DNA of 64,000 nt from Hyphomicrobiales bacterium (GTDB taxonomy: Bacteria > Pseudomonadota > Alphaproteobacteria > Rhizobiales > CBDCVD01): NCBI GenBank assembly GCA_965224015.1, contig OZ245032.1, positions 939,201 to 1,003,200 on the forward strand, read 5' to 3'. This document shows positions 47,267 through 57,032 of the stretch, piece by piece (position 1 is the first letter of the stretch; each line of letters starts with the position of its first letter). The notes under the pieces are model-generated. The model was given only the letters and a program-made list of their open reading frames with translations. It was not told the DNA's origin and ran no database searches. Position numbers and translations under genes: made by a program.

Positions 47267-49549
47267 TCACCCATTGATATCGTAGGCAGCGAGCACGGCC
47301 AGGTTGACAAGATCAGCATCGGTTGCGCCCAGGGATGAAATTTGAACCGACTTGTCCAAGCCGACCAACAACGGGCCAATGACTGTCGAACCGCCTAGCT
47401 CCTGCAGCATATTGGTGGATATGCTTGCCGAATGAAAAGCCGGCATGATCAACACATTCGCCGGGCTGGACAGGCGGCAGAATGGATAGGCGGCCATGGC
47501 ACCGGCATTTAGAGCGACGTTTGCGGCCATCTCTCCGTCGTATTCAAAGTCAACACCGCGCGCGTCAAGGATTTCGACCGCCTGGCGCACTTTGGTGGAG
47601 CGCTCCCCCTCCAGATAGCCAAACGAGGAATACGCCAACATCGCCACCCGCGGCTCGCGTCCCAAACGCCGCGCCACGCCGGCGGCTTCCTCGGCGATAT
47701 CTGCAAGGGTCTCGGCATCAGGCATGTCATGAACCGTGGTATCGGCGATGAGCACCGTGCGCCCGCGACAAATGGCAATAGACACGCCGACGATCCGGTG
47801 CCCCTCGCGCGGATCGATCACGCGCCGCACATCCTCAAGAACCGTTGCATAATTGCGTGTTACCCCAGCGATCATCGCATCCGCATCGCCAAGTGCAACC
47901 ATACAGGCGGCAAAATGGTTGCGGTCGGTGTTCACCAGACGCGTACAATCGCGTGGCAGGTAGCCCTTGCGCTGTAAGCGCTCATAGAGAAAATCGGCGT
48001 AATCCATGCGCCGGTTTGTCGTTCCTGCATTGATGATCTCAATACCGTCAACCAGAGCTATGCCGGCATCGCGAGCGGTTTCCTCAACATGGTGGGTGCG
48101 CCCGACGAGTTTGGCATAGCCGAGGCCAGCATTGACAAAACTCACCGCGGCACGGATGACCTGCTCTTCCTCCCCTTCCGCGAAAACAACATGTTTGGGG
48201 CTTCGCCGGACTTTTTCATAGATGCGGCTTAGGGCCCCGGCAATGGGGTCGCGCCGGGCGTGGAGGGTTTGTTTGTATTCCTCCATCTTGACAATCGGCC
48301 GTTTGGCAACGCCGGAATCCATGGCCGCCCTTGCCACCGCCGGCGGGATGGCGTGGATGAGACGGGGATCAAAGGGAAGGGGAATAATATAATTCTTGCC
48401 AAAACGCGGCCTCGCACCGCGATAGGCGGCCGCCGCCTCGTCGGGGACATCCTCTCGCGCCAACTTGGCCAACCCCTCGGCGGCGGCAATTTTCATGGCG
48501 TCGTTGATGGTGGTCGCATGCACATCAAGAGCACCACGGAAAATATAGGGAAACCCAAGAACATTGTTGACCTGATTGGGATAGTCCGAGCGCCCCGTCG
48601 CCACGATCCCATCGTCACGAATAGTCGCCACTTCCTCCGGGGTGACTTCCGGGTCCGGGTTGGCCATGGCAAAAATAATGGGATTTTTGGCCATGGATTT
48701 GATCATAGCCGGCGAAATCGCACCCTTGACGGACAGTCCAAACAGCACATCGGCCCCCTCCATCGCCTCGTCCAGGGTACGCAATGAAGTCTCAATCGCA
48801 TGGGCTGATTTCCATTGGTTCATGCCCTCAGGGCGTCCCTTGTAAATGACTCCGCGGGTGTCACACAGAACGACGTTATCGTGGGGCACGCCCATGGCTT
48901 TGACCAGTTCGATACACGCAATCCCCGCTGCGCCCGCGCCGTTACACACAATACGCACATCGTCCATGGTCTTATGGCTCAGGTGCAAGGCGTTGACTAG
49001 TCCGGCAGCCGCAATAATTGCCGTGCCGTGCTGATCGTCATGAAAAACCGGAATGTCCATACATTCGCGCAGGCGCTGCTCGATCATGAAACAATCCGGT
49101 GCCCTTATGTCCTCAAGATTGATACCTCCGAACGACGGCCCCAAATAGCGCACGCAATTTACAAAAGCGTCGATATCCGTGGTATCAACCTCCAAATCGA
49201 TCGAATCCACGTCGGCAAAACGCTTGAAAAGAACAGACTTTCCTTCCATAACCGGTTTTGCTGCAAGGGCGCCCAGGTTACCAAGCCCAAGAATGGCCGT
49301 GCCGTTGGTAATGACCGCAACCATATTGCCCCGTGTGGTGTAATCGTAGGCGCGTTCCGGATTTTCAGCGATAACGCGCACGGGAACCGCAACCCCCGGC
49401 GAATAGGCGAGCGACAGGTCGCGCTGGGTGGCCATGGGCTTGGTTGGGGCGATTTCCAGTTTTCCCGGACGGCCCTGACGGTGAAACTGAAGAGCTTCAT
49501 TGTCGGTAAACGAAAGTTCCAAATGCGTGTCGTCTTTGATGTCCGCCAT
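47267..49549 (-). CDS. maeB: NADP-dependent malic enzyme (malic enzyme + PTA-like domain)
   Basis: About 760 aa, DLSLAYSPGVA, FGGINLEDI, GAGAAGIA, and a C-terminal phosphate-acetyltransferase-like domain. Start at MADIKDD. The 14 upstream track codons enter repeat DNA. Confidence 0.93.
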   Translation of the reverse strand: MADIKDDTHLELSFTDNEALQFHRQGRPGKLEIAPTKPMATQRDLSLAYSPGVAVPVRVIAENPERAYDYTTRGNMVAVITNGTAILGLGNLGALAAKPVMEGKSVLFKRFADVDSIDLEVDTTDIDAFVNCVRYLGPSFGGINLEDIRAPDCFMIEQRLRECMDIPVFHDDQHGTAIIAAAGLVNALHLSHKTMDDVRIVCNGAGAAGIACIELVKAMGVPHDNVVLCDTRGVIYKGRPEGMNQWKSAHAIETSLRTLDEAMEGADVLFGLSVKGAISPAMIKSMAKNPIIFAMANPDPEVTPEEVATIRDDGIVATGRSDYPNQVNNVLGFPYIFRGALDVHATTINDAMKIAAAEGLAKLAREDVPDEAAAAYRGARPRFGKNYIIPLPFDPRLIHAIPPAVARAAMDSGVAKRPIVKMEEYKQTLHARRDPIAGALSRIYEKVRRSPKHVVFAEGEEEQVIRAAVSFVNAGLGYAKLVGRTHHVEETARDAGIALVDGIEIINAGTTNRRMDYADFLYERLQRKGYLPRDCTRLVNTDRNHFAACMVALGDADAMIAGVTRNYATVLEDVRRVIDPREGHRIVGVSIAICRGRTVLIADTTVHDMPDAETLADIAEEAAGVARRLGREPRVAMLAYSSFGYLEGERSTKVRQAVEILDARGVDFEYDGEMAANVALNAGAMAAYPFCRLSSPANVLIMPAFHSASISTNMLQELGGSTVIGPLLVGLDKSVQISSLGATDADLVNLAVLAAYDING

Positions 49550-49570
49550 TTGCGTATTGTCCTCTCCTAA

Positions 49571-49643
49571 GTCTGTAATAGAGCGTATCATGTCTTAATA
49601 GAGCGTATCATGTCTTAATAGAACCATTCTGACGGGCACGCTC
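49571..49643 (+). repeat. RepB short form with internal 20-bp duplication
   Basis: GTCTGTAATAGAGCGTATCAT / GTCTTAATAGAGCGTATCAT / GTCTTAATAGAACCATTCTGACGGGCACGCTC. Confidence 0.8.
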
Positions 49644-49690
49644 TGGAAATTTGAGATCAGAAGCAGGAAACCTGAAACGCGCTCGCTTAA

Positions 49691-49725
49691 ACATGCTTGA
49701 ACATACTTGAACATACTTAAACACG
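49691..49725. repeat. Tandem repeat, 10-bp unit x3.5
   Basis: ACATGCTTGA ACATACTTGA ACATACTTAA ACACG, upstream of mutS. Confidence 0.85.
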
Positions 49726-49799
49726 AGGACATATGGATACAAATTTCAGGTTTCGGACTTCCGGTTCCCCTGCCCCCTATTAGTTGATAAGATGCGTTT

Positions 49800-52580
49800 A
49801 TGAAGCATTCCTCGCAAGACTTTTCTACGGCTGAACCGGAAAAAGTGCGTAAGCCGCGCAAAACAAGGCGCAGCGAGCCCGCTGGCGCGACGCCGATGAT
49901 GCAGCAGTATTTTGAGATCAAGGCGGCCAATCCGGACATGCTGCTGTTTTACCGCATGGGTGATTTTTATGAACTGTTTTTTCATGATGCGGAAGAGGCA
50001 TCGCGCGCGCTCGGGATTGCGCTGACCAAGCGGGGACAACATTTGGGCGAGGATATTCCCATGTGCGGCGTGCCGGCGCGTTCGGCGGACGAGTATTTAC
50101 ACAAGCTCATAGCTTTGGGTCATCGGGTTGCGGTCTGCGAGCAGCTTGAGGATCCGCGCGAGGCCAAGGCGCGCGGTGCAAAATCCGTCGTCAAGCGCGA
50201 TGTCGTGCGCCTTATCACGGCGGGAACGCTCACCGAGGAAGCGTTGCTGGAAAAGGGAGAGGCCAATTATCTCGCGGCCTTGACGCGCGCAGGGCGTGCG
50301 CCGGCACAGTATCAATACGGTTTGGCCTGGGTGGATATTTCGACAGGAGAATTTCGTATTGCCAACCCGAAAGCCGACACCGTCGAGTCGGCGGTGGCAC
50401 GGATTGCGCCAAAGGAGATTATCGCTGCGAGGGATTTGATCGAGGACCCGGAGCTTGCGCGCCTATGGAGTGAGGTGGACGCAAGCCTGACCGAACAACC
50501 CGGGTCAATATTCGACTCCACAATTGTGGATCGAAAGGTTTTGGCTTTTTTCAACGTGCAAACAAGTGAGGCATTGGGAAGCTTTTCACCCGTTGAACTG
50601 GCGGCCATGGCGGGCATTATCAGCTATATCGAGCGCACCCAGATAGGTGCCAAACCGGCTCTTAACCGCCCAACGCGCGAGGCGCAATCCAGTGTTTTGG
50701 CCATAGACTCGGCAAGCCGGCGCAATCTTGAGCTCACGCGCACGCTGACTGGCGAGCGCCGCGGCACCCTGGCTCACGCCATTGATCACACCCGAAGCGC
50801 TGCTGGTGGCAGGCTTTTGCTGTCTCATCTTGCCAGCCCTCTTACCGACCCGGATGCCATCAACGCCCGGCTGGATTGTGTGCAATGGCTTGTCGCTCAT
50901 CCCGCTCTGCATGAGGCGGTTCGCGCAAAACTCAAGCAGGTGCCGGATATGAGCCGGGCCCTTGGTCGGCTGTCTGTGGGGCGCGGAGGACCACGGGATC
51001 TTGGCGATATACTCGTGGGAGCAACCGTGGGACGCGCCATTGCGGCGCTGATTATGGATGCAAGTGATCCCTTACCTACCGCGGCCTCGGCGATCAATCG
51101 TGATGTGCAGGCCATTGCGGCACCCTTGTGCGAGACTTTGCGCGCTGCCCTTGCTGAAGACTTGCCGCTGACGCGAAAGGATGCGGGCTTTGTGCGCGCC
51201 GGATATCATCCAGAACTCGACGAAGCGCGCGGACTACGCGATGAAAGCCGTCGCATCATCGCTTCATTGCAGCAAAAATATGCCGCTCAGACACAAATCA
51301 AGTCCTTGAAAGTTCGCCACAACAATGTGCTCGGATACTTTATTGAAGTCACGGCCAATCATGGGGACAAGCTCATGGCGGCGCCGTTTGACGAGACCTT
51401 TATTCATCGTCAGACACTTGCCAATGCGGTGCGCTTTTCGAGCGTTGAACTGGGAGAATTGGCGCAGAAAATCGCCGCTGCCGCGGACGCGGTCGCGATG
51501 CTCGAAGGGCAGGTCTTTGATGCCCTGAGCGAGGCGGTGATGCAACAAGGCGGGCACATAAAAAAAACGGCCCATGCCCTTGCCATCCTGGACGTAATGG
51601 CCAGCCACGCGCATCTGGCGCGAACACAAAATTATTGTCGACCTCGGGTTGACGGCGGCATGGCCTTTGAAATTACCGACGGGCGCCATCCCGTTGTCGA
51701 GCAGGTCCAAAGCAACCAAAACAGCAAACCGTTTGTTGCCAACACCTGTTCCCTTGGTCCTCCCGATTATGGCCAGCACGGGCAAATCTGGTTGGTGACC
51801 GGGCCCAACATGGCGGGCAAGTCAACGTTTTTGCGCCAGAACGCGCTCATTGCCATTCTCGCCCAGATGGGGTCCTATGTCCCCGCAACCAGCGCCCACA
51901 TTGGGGTGGTTGATCAGCTTTTCAGCCGCGTAGGAGCCGCGGATGATCTGGCGCGCGGGCGCTCGACCTTTATGGTCGAAATGATCGAGACCGCGGCCAT
52001 TTTAAACCAGGCCGGGAAGCGGGCATTTGTGATACTGGATGAGATTGGGCGCGGCACCGCAACCTATGACGGGCTTTCCATTGCCTGGGCGACGATCGAA
52101 CATTTGCACCAGGTGAACACCTGCCGGGCGCTGTTTGCGACCCATTATCACGAAATGACAGCCTTGTCGCAAAAGCTCGACCGGCTGAAAAATGTCACCG
52201 TCAGTGTGCGCGAGTGGAAAGGGGAAGTGGTATTTTTACACGCCATTGTCCCCGGTGCGGCAGATCGCTCCTATGGCATTCAGGTGGCTCGCCTGGCCGG
52301 ATTGCCCGCGGCCGTGATAACGCGCGCAAGCGCGGTTCTCGCCCAACTTGAAAACAAGGAGCGTGACCACTCCAGCACCCCGCTCATTGATGATCTGCCC
52401 CTGTTCTCAATTACGTCGCAACCCCAATCGCAACCCCAGTCGCAACTGGCCGATACCCATCCCGTTCTCAAGATGCTTGAAAAAACCAATCCCGATGACC
52501 TCACCCCGCGTGATGCGCTGGAAATTCTCTATGCAATGAAAAAGCAGTATGGGATTGATCGAGATCAGGAGACACCGTGA
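49800..52580 (+). CDS. mutS: DNA mismatch repair protein MutS
   Basis: 926 aa, TPMMQQYFEIKAANPDMLLFYRMGDFYELFF, GPNMAGKSTFLRQ Walker A, DEIGRGT. Confidence 0.96.
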   Translation: MKHSSQDFSTAEPEKVRKPRKTRRSEPAGATPMMQQYFEIKAANPDMLLFYRMGDFYELFFHDAEEASRALGIALTKRGQHLGEDIPMCGVPARSADEYLHKLIALGHRVAVCEQLEDPREAKARGAKSVVKRDVVRLITAGTLTEEALLEKGEANYLAALTRAGRAPAQYQYGLAWVDISTGEFRIANPKADTVESAVARIAPKEIIAARDLIEDPELARLWSEVDASLTEQPGSIFDSTIVDRKVLAFFNVQTSEALGSFSPVELAAMAGIISYIERTQIGAKPALNRPTREAQSSVLAIDSASRRNLELTRTLTGERRGTLAHAIDHTRSAAGGRLLLSHLASPLTDPDAINARLDCVQWLVAHPALHEAVRAKLKQVPDMSRALGRLSVGRGGPRDLGDILVGATVGRAIAALIMDASDPLPTAASAINRDVQAIAAPLCETLRAALAEDLPLTRKDAGFVRAGYHPELDEARGLRDESRRIIASLQQKYAAQTQIKSLKVRHNNVLGYFIEVTANHGDKLMAAPFDETFIHRQTLANAVRFSSVELGELAQKIAAAADAVAMLEGQVFDALSEAVMQQGGHIKKTAHALAILDVMASHAHLARTQNYCRPRVDGGMAFEITDGRHPVVEQVQSNQNSKPFVANTCSLGPPDYGQHGQIWLVTGPNMAGKSTFLRQNALIAILAQMGSYVPATSAHIGVVDQLFSRVGAADDLARGRSTFMVEMIETAAILNQAGKRAFVILDEIGRGTATYDGLSIAWATIEHLHQVNTCRALFATHYHEMTALSQKLDRLKNVTVSVREWKGEVVFLHAIVPGAADRSYGIQVARLAGLPAAVITRASAVLAQLENKERDHSSTPLIDDLPLFSITSQPQSQPQSQLADTHPVLKMLEKTNPDDLTPRDALEILYAMKKQYGIDRDQETP
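52416..52449. repeat. In-frame 12-bp tandem repeat x2.8 near the mutS C-terminus
   Basis: TCGCAACCCCAA TCGCAACCCCAG TCGCAACTGG encodes SQPQSQPQSQL. Confidence 0.88.
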
Positions 52581-55348
52581 GCCGGATAGCGCGCCATCGG
52601 CGCGCCGGGGAGAAGTTTGACGCTGAGACAATCAGCAAGGCGCTGGACGCCCTGGTTGCGGATCAGGACGGTGCCAGCGCCGCGGCACGGCGCGAGGTTC
52701 TTTCACACCTGAAGACCACATTGCACAACGAGCAAACCCGGATTGAGGCGCAATTGCTTGCCGATGGCAAGGGGTTTGCTTGCGCCAGGCAGTTGTGCAG
52801 GCTCCAGGACGCCATTATCGCGGCCCTTTATGACTATGCGGTGCGCTATGTTTATCGCGCCCAAAACCCCTCATCGTCGGAGCGCGTCGCCATTGTCGCG
52901 GTAGGCGGATACGGTCGCGGGCTCATGGCCCCCGGCTCCGACGTGGATCTGTTGTTTCTGCTTCCTCACAAACAAACCGCCTGGGGCGAAAGCGTTACAG
53001 AATTTATCCTTTACATGCTGTGGGATTTGGGTCTGACCGTCGGTCAGGCGGTGCGCAATATTGATGAATGCGTCCGTCAGGCGAAAGGGGACATGACGAT
53101 CTGCACCAGCGTTCTGGATGCACGGCTTGTATGGGGGGATGAGAGGTTGTTCCGGGAGTTGACATTGCGTCTTGACCGGGACGTGTTTGATAGCTCCAAC
53201 CCCGCGTTTATTGAAGCCAAACTGGCGGAGCGGGACGAGCGACATGCCCGTGAGGGCGAGTCGCGTTATTTGGTGGAGCCGAACATCAAGAACAGCAAGG
53301 GGGGCCTGCGAGATTTGCAGTCGCTGTTCTGGATCACCAAATATGTCTACGGGTTTGAACGAACGGCGGAACTTGTTGTTCAGGATGTTTTTACCCGTGC
53401 GGAGTTGCGGCGCTTCAAGACGTGCGAGGATTTCTTGTGGAAAGTCCGCTGTCACCTGCATTTTTCCAGCAAGCGCGTTACCGAACGTCTCGACTTTGAA
53501 ACCCAACAGCGGCTTGCCCGCCGCCTGGGGTTCGACGAGGCCGATGGTCTGAAGGCCGCCGAGCGGTTCATGAAACAGTATTTCCTTGTCGCCAAGGACG
53601 TTGGCGACCTCACCCGAATTGTCTGTGCGGGGCTGGAAATGCGGCACATAAAAAAGGCGCCTGTTCTGGATCGGTTCCTCACCCGTTTTCGCCGGCGCCG
53701 ACGGCTTCCCAAATCAAAGGACTTTGTTGTCCACAATGGCCGCCTGGCAATCGCCGATGATCAGGCTTTCAGGCGCGATCCGGTCAATCTCATTCGTATT
53801 TTCCATACCGCGTCAAAACACAATCTCGCCATGCATCCAGACACCCTGCGTTTGATACGCCGGTCGTTGAAATTGATCAACAAAAGCGTGCGCGGGGACA
53901 CAGAGGCCAATGCTCTGTTTATGGACATTTTAGCCCATAGCCGTTCGCCGGAGACGGTTTTGCGATTGATGAATGAGGCGGGCGTCCTGGGCCGCTTTGT
54001 CCCTGCGTTTGGCAAGATTGTCGCCTTGATGCAGTTCTCTCTTTATCATCATTACACGGTTGATGAGCATCTTTTGCGCGCAATCGGGTTTCTTGCACTG
54101 ATCGCGGATGGACAATTGCAGGACGCGCATCCCCTGTCGCATGAGATTTTTCCCACCATTAGCCGGCAAAACCGTAGGGCTCTGTTTACGGCCGTTTTCC
54201 TCCACGATATTGCCAAGGGACGGCGCGATGATCATTGCATTGCGGGGGCGCGTGTGGCGCGTCAATTGTGCCCGCGCCTGGGATTGACGGATGCAGAGAC
54301 GGAAACCGTCGCCTGGCTTGTAGAGCATCATTTGCTCATGAGCACCGTTGCCCAGACCCGCGATCTGACCGACCCGCAGACGATCGTCGATTTTGCCGCG
54401 GTTGTGCGCTCGCTGGAGCGGCTGAAATTGCTGCTTGTCCTGACGGTCGCCGATATCCGTGCCGTGGGTCCGCATACCTGGACCGGCTGGAAGGGAGAAT
54501 TGCTGCGCACGCTTTATTACGAAACCGAACCTGTTCTCTCAGGCGGTCACTCAACGCGCACCCACAAGGAACGGATCGAGGGTGCAAAACGCACCCTCGC
54601 CGCGCGTCTTGATGACTGGTCCGCAAGCGATCGTCGGTATCTGCTGGACCTGCACCAGGATGCCTATTGGATCAAGACCGATGACGCGCTGCAATGGCGT
54701 CATGCGCGATTGATCCAACGCGCCAGGACCGAGCATCTAAGCCTGGCCTATGACGCGGAAACACGGGCCTTTGAAGGCATTACCGCGATGACGGTTTATG
54801 CGCCGGATCACGCACGCTTGCTGTCGTCCATTGCGGGCGCGTGCACACTAATGGGAGCCAATATTGCCGATGCGAGTATTTTCACCACGCGCGAGGGATG
54901 GGCACTGGATACGATTTTTATCTCCCGAACAATTGATGACGACGAGGAGGAACTGGCGCGGGTGACGAAAATCGTAGACACCCTGCAAAATGTCCTGGTT
55001 GGCACCACCAAGATTGCCAACCAACTCAAGCGGCGCAATACGGCGTTGACCACCCGTTTAAAAGCCTTTACCCGGCAAACCGAAGTCATTGTCAACAACT
55101 CATGGTCCCGGACCCACACGGTGATCGAGACCCATGGGCTTGACCGCACGGGGCTTCTCCATAGCCTCACCAGTGCCTTGTCGGATCTGAAACTGAATAT
55201 CGCGTCCGCCCATATATCCACCTATGGAGAGCATGCGGTGGATGTCTTCTACGTGAGCGACATGAAGGGGAACAAAATCACCCATGCGGGAAAACGCGCC
55301 GCAATACGCCGGCACCTGGCGGCGGCAATCGAGAGGCCTGAAGCCTGA
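52577..55348 (+). CDS. glnD: [Protein-PII] uridylyltransferase / uridylyl-removing enzyme
   Basis: 923 aa with nucleotidyltransferase (GGYGRGLMAPGSDVDLLFL), HD domain (FLHDIAKG) and two C-terminal ACT-like regions. A 4-nt overlap with mutS. Confidence 0.95.
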   Translation: MSRIARHRRAGEKFDAETISKALDALVADQDGASAAARREVLSHLKTTLHNEQTRIEAQLLADGKGFACARQLCRLQDAIIAALYDYAVRYVYRAQNPSSSERVAIVAVGGYGRGLMAPGSDVDLLFLLPHKQTAWGESVTEFILYMLWDLGLTVGQAVRNIDECVRQAKGDMTICTSVLDARLVWGDERLFRELTLRLDRDVFDSSNPAFIEAKLAERDERHAREGESRYLVEPNIKNSKGGLRDLQSLFWITKYVYGFERTAELVVQDVFTRAELRRFKTCEDFLWKVRCHLHFSSKRVTERLDFETQQRLARRLGFDEADGLKAAERFMKQYFLVAKDVGDLTRIVCAGLEMRHIKKAPVLDRFLTRFRRRRRLPKSKDFVVHNGRLAIADDQAFRRDPVNLIRIFHTASKHNLAMHPDTLRLIRRSLKLINKSVRGDTEANALFMDILAHSRSPETVLRLMNEAGVLGRFVPAFGKIVALMQFSLYHHYTVDEHLLRAIGFLALIADGQLQDAHPLSHEIFPTISRQNRRALFTAVFLHDIAKGRRDDHCIAGARVARQLCPRLGLTDAETETVAWLVEHHLLMSTVAQTRDLTDPQTIVDFAAVVRSLERLKLLLVLTVADIRAVGPHTWTGWKGELLRTLYYETEPVLSGGHSTRTHKERIEGAKRTLAARLDDWSASDRRYLLDLHQDAYWIKTDDALQWRHARLIQRARTEHLSLAYDAETRAFEGITAMTVYAPDHARLLSSIAGACTLMGANIADASIFTTREGWALDTIFISRTIDDDEEELARVTKIVDTLQNVLVGTTKIANQLKRRNTALTTRLKAFTRQTEVIVNNSWSRTHTVIETHGLDRTGLLHSLTSALSDLKLNIASAHISTYGEHAVDVFYVSDMKGNKITHAGKRAAIRRHLAAAIERPEA

Positions 55349-55398
55349 ACAGCAGGGCCCCTTGCGGCTCTCCTGTTTCTGGAGCGTGGCATGTCTTA

Positions 55399-55417
55399 TG
55401 ATCATATAATATGATCA
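55399..55417. repeat. Perfect 19-bp palindrome
   Basis: TGATCATAT-A-ATATGATCA in the glnD/grpE convergent gap. Confidence 0.8.
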
Positions 55418-55486
55418 GATAGATGGCTTCGCAGGCTGAAAAATGATAACGTGGGCTAGAGCGCCACGGGCGAAGCGGGGTCGTTT

Positions 55487-56479
55487 CTAATCTTCGTTTC
55501 CGGCCGTGGTGCCCCGGTGCGCCCTCTCAGGGCGCACCGTGGACGGGTCCTCGGTCTGCGCGGCACGGCTAACATCGGGACCGACAGCGTCTTCAGAACC
55601 ATCAAAATCGTCAGAGGGGTCAGGATTGCCGGTTTTAAGGGTATCGGAGCCCGGTCGGTGAATGTGCTGGGGTGCGGATTGATCCCCCGCGGGGCCGGAG
55701 TCCCGCTCAACCGCTTCGGCAGAGACATCTGCGTGCGTTTTCAATTCCACAGGTTCATTGGTGTCCTGAGGCTTTTGCTCATGAACCTCTGCGGTGGGCC
55801 CTTGTGCCTCTCTTGCGGTATCTGGCACGGTGTCCCGCACGCCCCCTTTTGCAATCCCTACCATGGCCGGGCGCAGCACGCGGTCCTTTATGCGGAAGCC
55901 GCCCTGAATAACCTGCACAACCGTTCCGTGTACAGCGTTTTCGTCAGGAATTTCAAACATGGCCTCGTGAAAGTTGGGATCAAATTTCTCCCCCAAGGCA
56001 TCAATGGGGGCAATGCCATGTTTTTCCAATCCCTTACGCAAGGCGTTCTGGGTCAATTGTACGCCTTCAAGCAAAGACTTGAATTCCTCGCTATGGGCGC
56101 CGGCATCCGTATGGGAGACGGATTCCACGGCGCGCATCAGGTTGTCATTGACCTCCAGCATATCGCGCGCGAACCTGGCGATGGCGAATTGACCCGCATC
56201 TTTCACACTTTTTTCCGACCGTCGGCGCAGATTTTCCATCTCCGCCAACAAACGCAGGGCCTTGTCCTTTAACTCTGCGTTCTCCTCGCGCAATTCGGCA
56301 ACAACGTCTTGTCCCCGTTCTCCCGCCATATCGCCGTCGGCCTGCTTATCGGTCGCGCTCGGCTGAGCCGCAGCGCGCGCCGCGTCCGTTTCCATGGCAT
56401 TATCCTCAACCCATTCGGGTTTGGGCTTCTTACGCAGGGATTTTCGCGGTTTGCGCTGCTGATTACGGTTGCTCATCAT
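55487..56479 (-). CDS. grpE: Nucleotide exchange factor GrpE with extended low-complexity termini
   Basis: The core LKDKALRLLAEMENLRRRSEK...FDPNFHEAMFE...VLRPAMVGIAKG is typical GrpE. It is flanked by a basic N-terminal segment and an acidic Pro/Asp-rich C-terminal tail of about 110 aa. Confidence 0.9.
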   Translation of the reverse strand: MMSNRNQQRKPRKSLRKKPKPEWVEDNAMETDAARAAAQPSATDKQADGDMAGERGQDVVAELREENAELKDKALRLLAEMENLRRRSEKSVKDAGQFAIARFARDMLEVNDNLMRAVESVSHTDAGAHSEEFKSLLEGVQLTQNALRKGLEKHGIAPIDALGEKFDPNFHEAMFEIPDENAVHGTVVQVIQGGFRIKDRVLRPAMVGIAKGGVRDTVPDTAREAQGPTAEVHEQKPQDTNEPVELKTHADVSAEAVERDSGPAGDQSAPQHIHRPGSDTLKTGNPDPSDDFDGSEDAVGPDVSRAAQTEDPSTVRPERAHRGTTAGNED

Positions 56480-56684
56480 AAGATATCAATATCCCTGGCA
56501 AATAAGGCACCGCCCCCCAATGACGTTGCAAGCCATGGTCCCGTTGCCTTGTCTCAAAGCAAAATGCCTACAGGCTGAACAGTTGGCTATTTGGGGGCAA
56601 CAGGCACCCACAACGCTGGACAATACAATTCTCAGCGAAAACAGCCAACCTTACAAGTGCCTGCGAACGGTTGCGCACTATCTA

Positions 56685-56744
56685 AAACTGTGACTCTATA
56701 TCTCAACGTGTGACTCTATATCACAAACTGTAACTCTATATAGA
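56685..56744. repeat. Tandem repeat, 20-bp unit x3
   Basis: AAACTGTGACTCTATATCTC / AACGTGTGACTCTATATCAC / AAACTGTAACTCTATATAGA, about 200 bp upstream of grpE. Confidence 0.9.
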
Positions 56745-56826
56745 GTAAAGCCGTTAATGGGCAATGCACAGCGCCCGATTTAGGGTAAAAAACCCGGAAC
56801 CTGCGATGTTGGCTTTTTCCGGCATA

Positions 56827-56929
56827 ATACCAGCGGTATTGGCTTTATAGACACGCCGACTGGTGTACGGCTTTGATAACATGCCTCTTTGACGCTAAGC
56901 CATGAGTCATTGTTAAGGACCCTTGGTAT
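56827..56929 (+). repeat. RepA copy
   Basis: ATACCAGCGGTATTGGCTTTATAGACACGCCGACTGG...TTGTTAAGGACCCTTGGTAT. Confidence 0.9.
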
Positions 56930-56993
56930 AAATACCGGCCCCCTGTTGCAAGCACGGCCTCACTTATCGACCAAAGCGCATCCCGTCACATTT

Positions 56994-57025
56994 ATACCAA
57001 GGGGCTTGGCGTTTGACTCTTGGTA
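56994..57025. repeat. RepA-like mini element (two termini joined)
   Basis: ATACCAAGGGGCTTGGCGTTTGACTCTTGGTAT carries the RepA terminal motif at both ends in inverted orientation. Confidence 0.55.
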
Positions 57026-57032
57026 TGACAGG

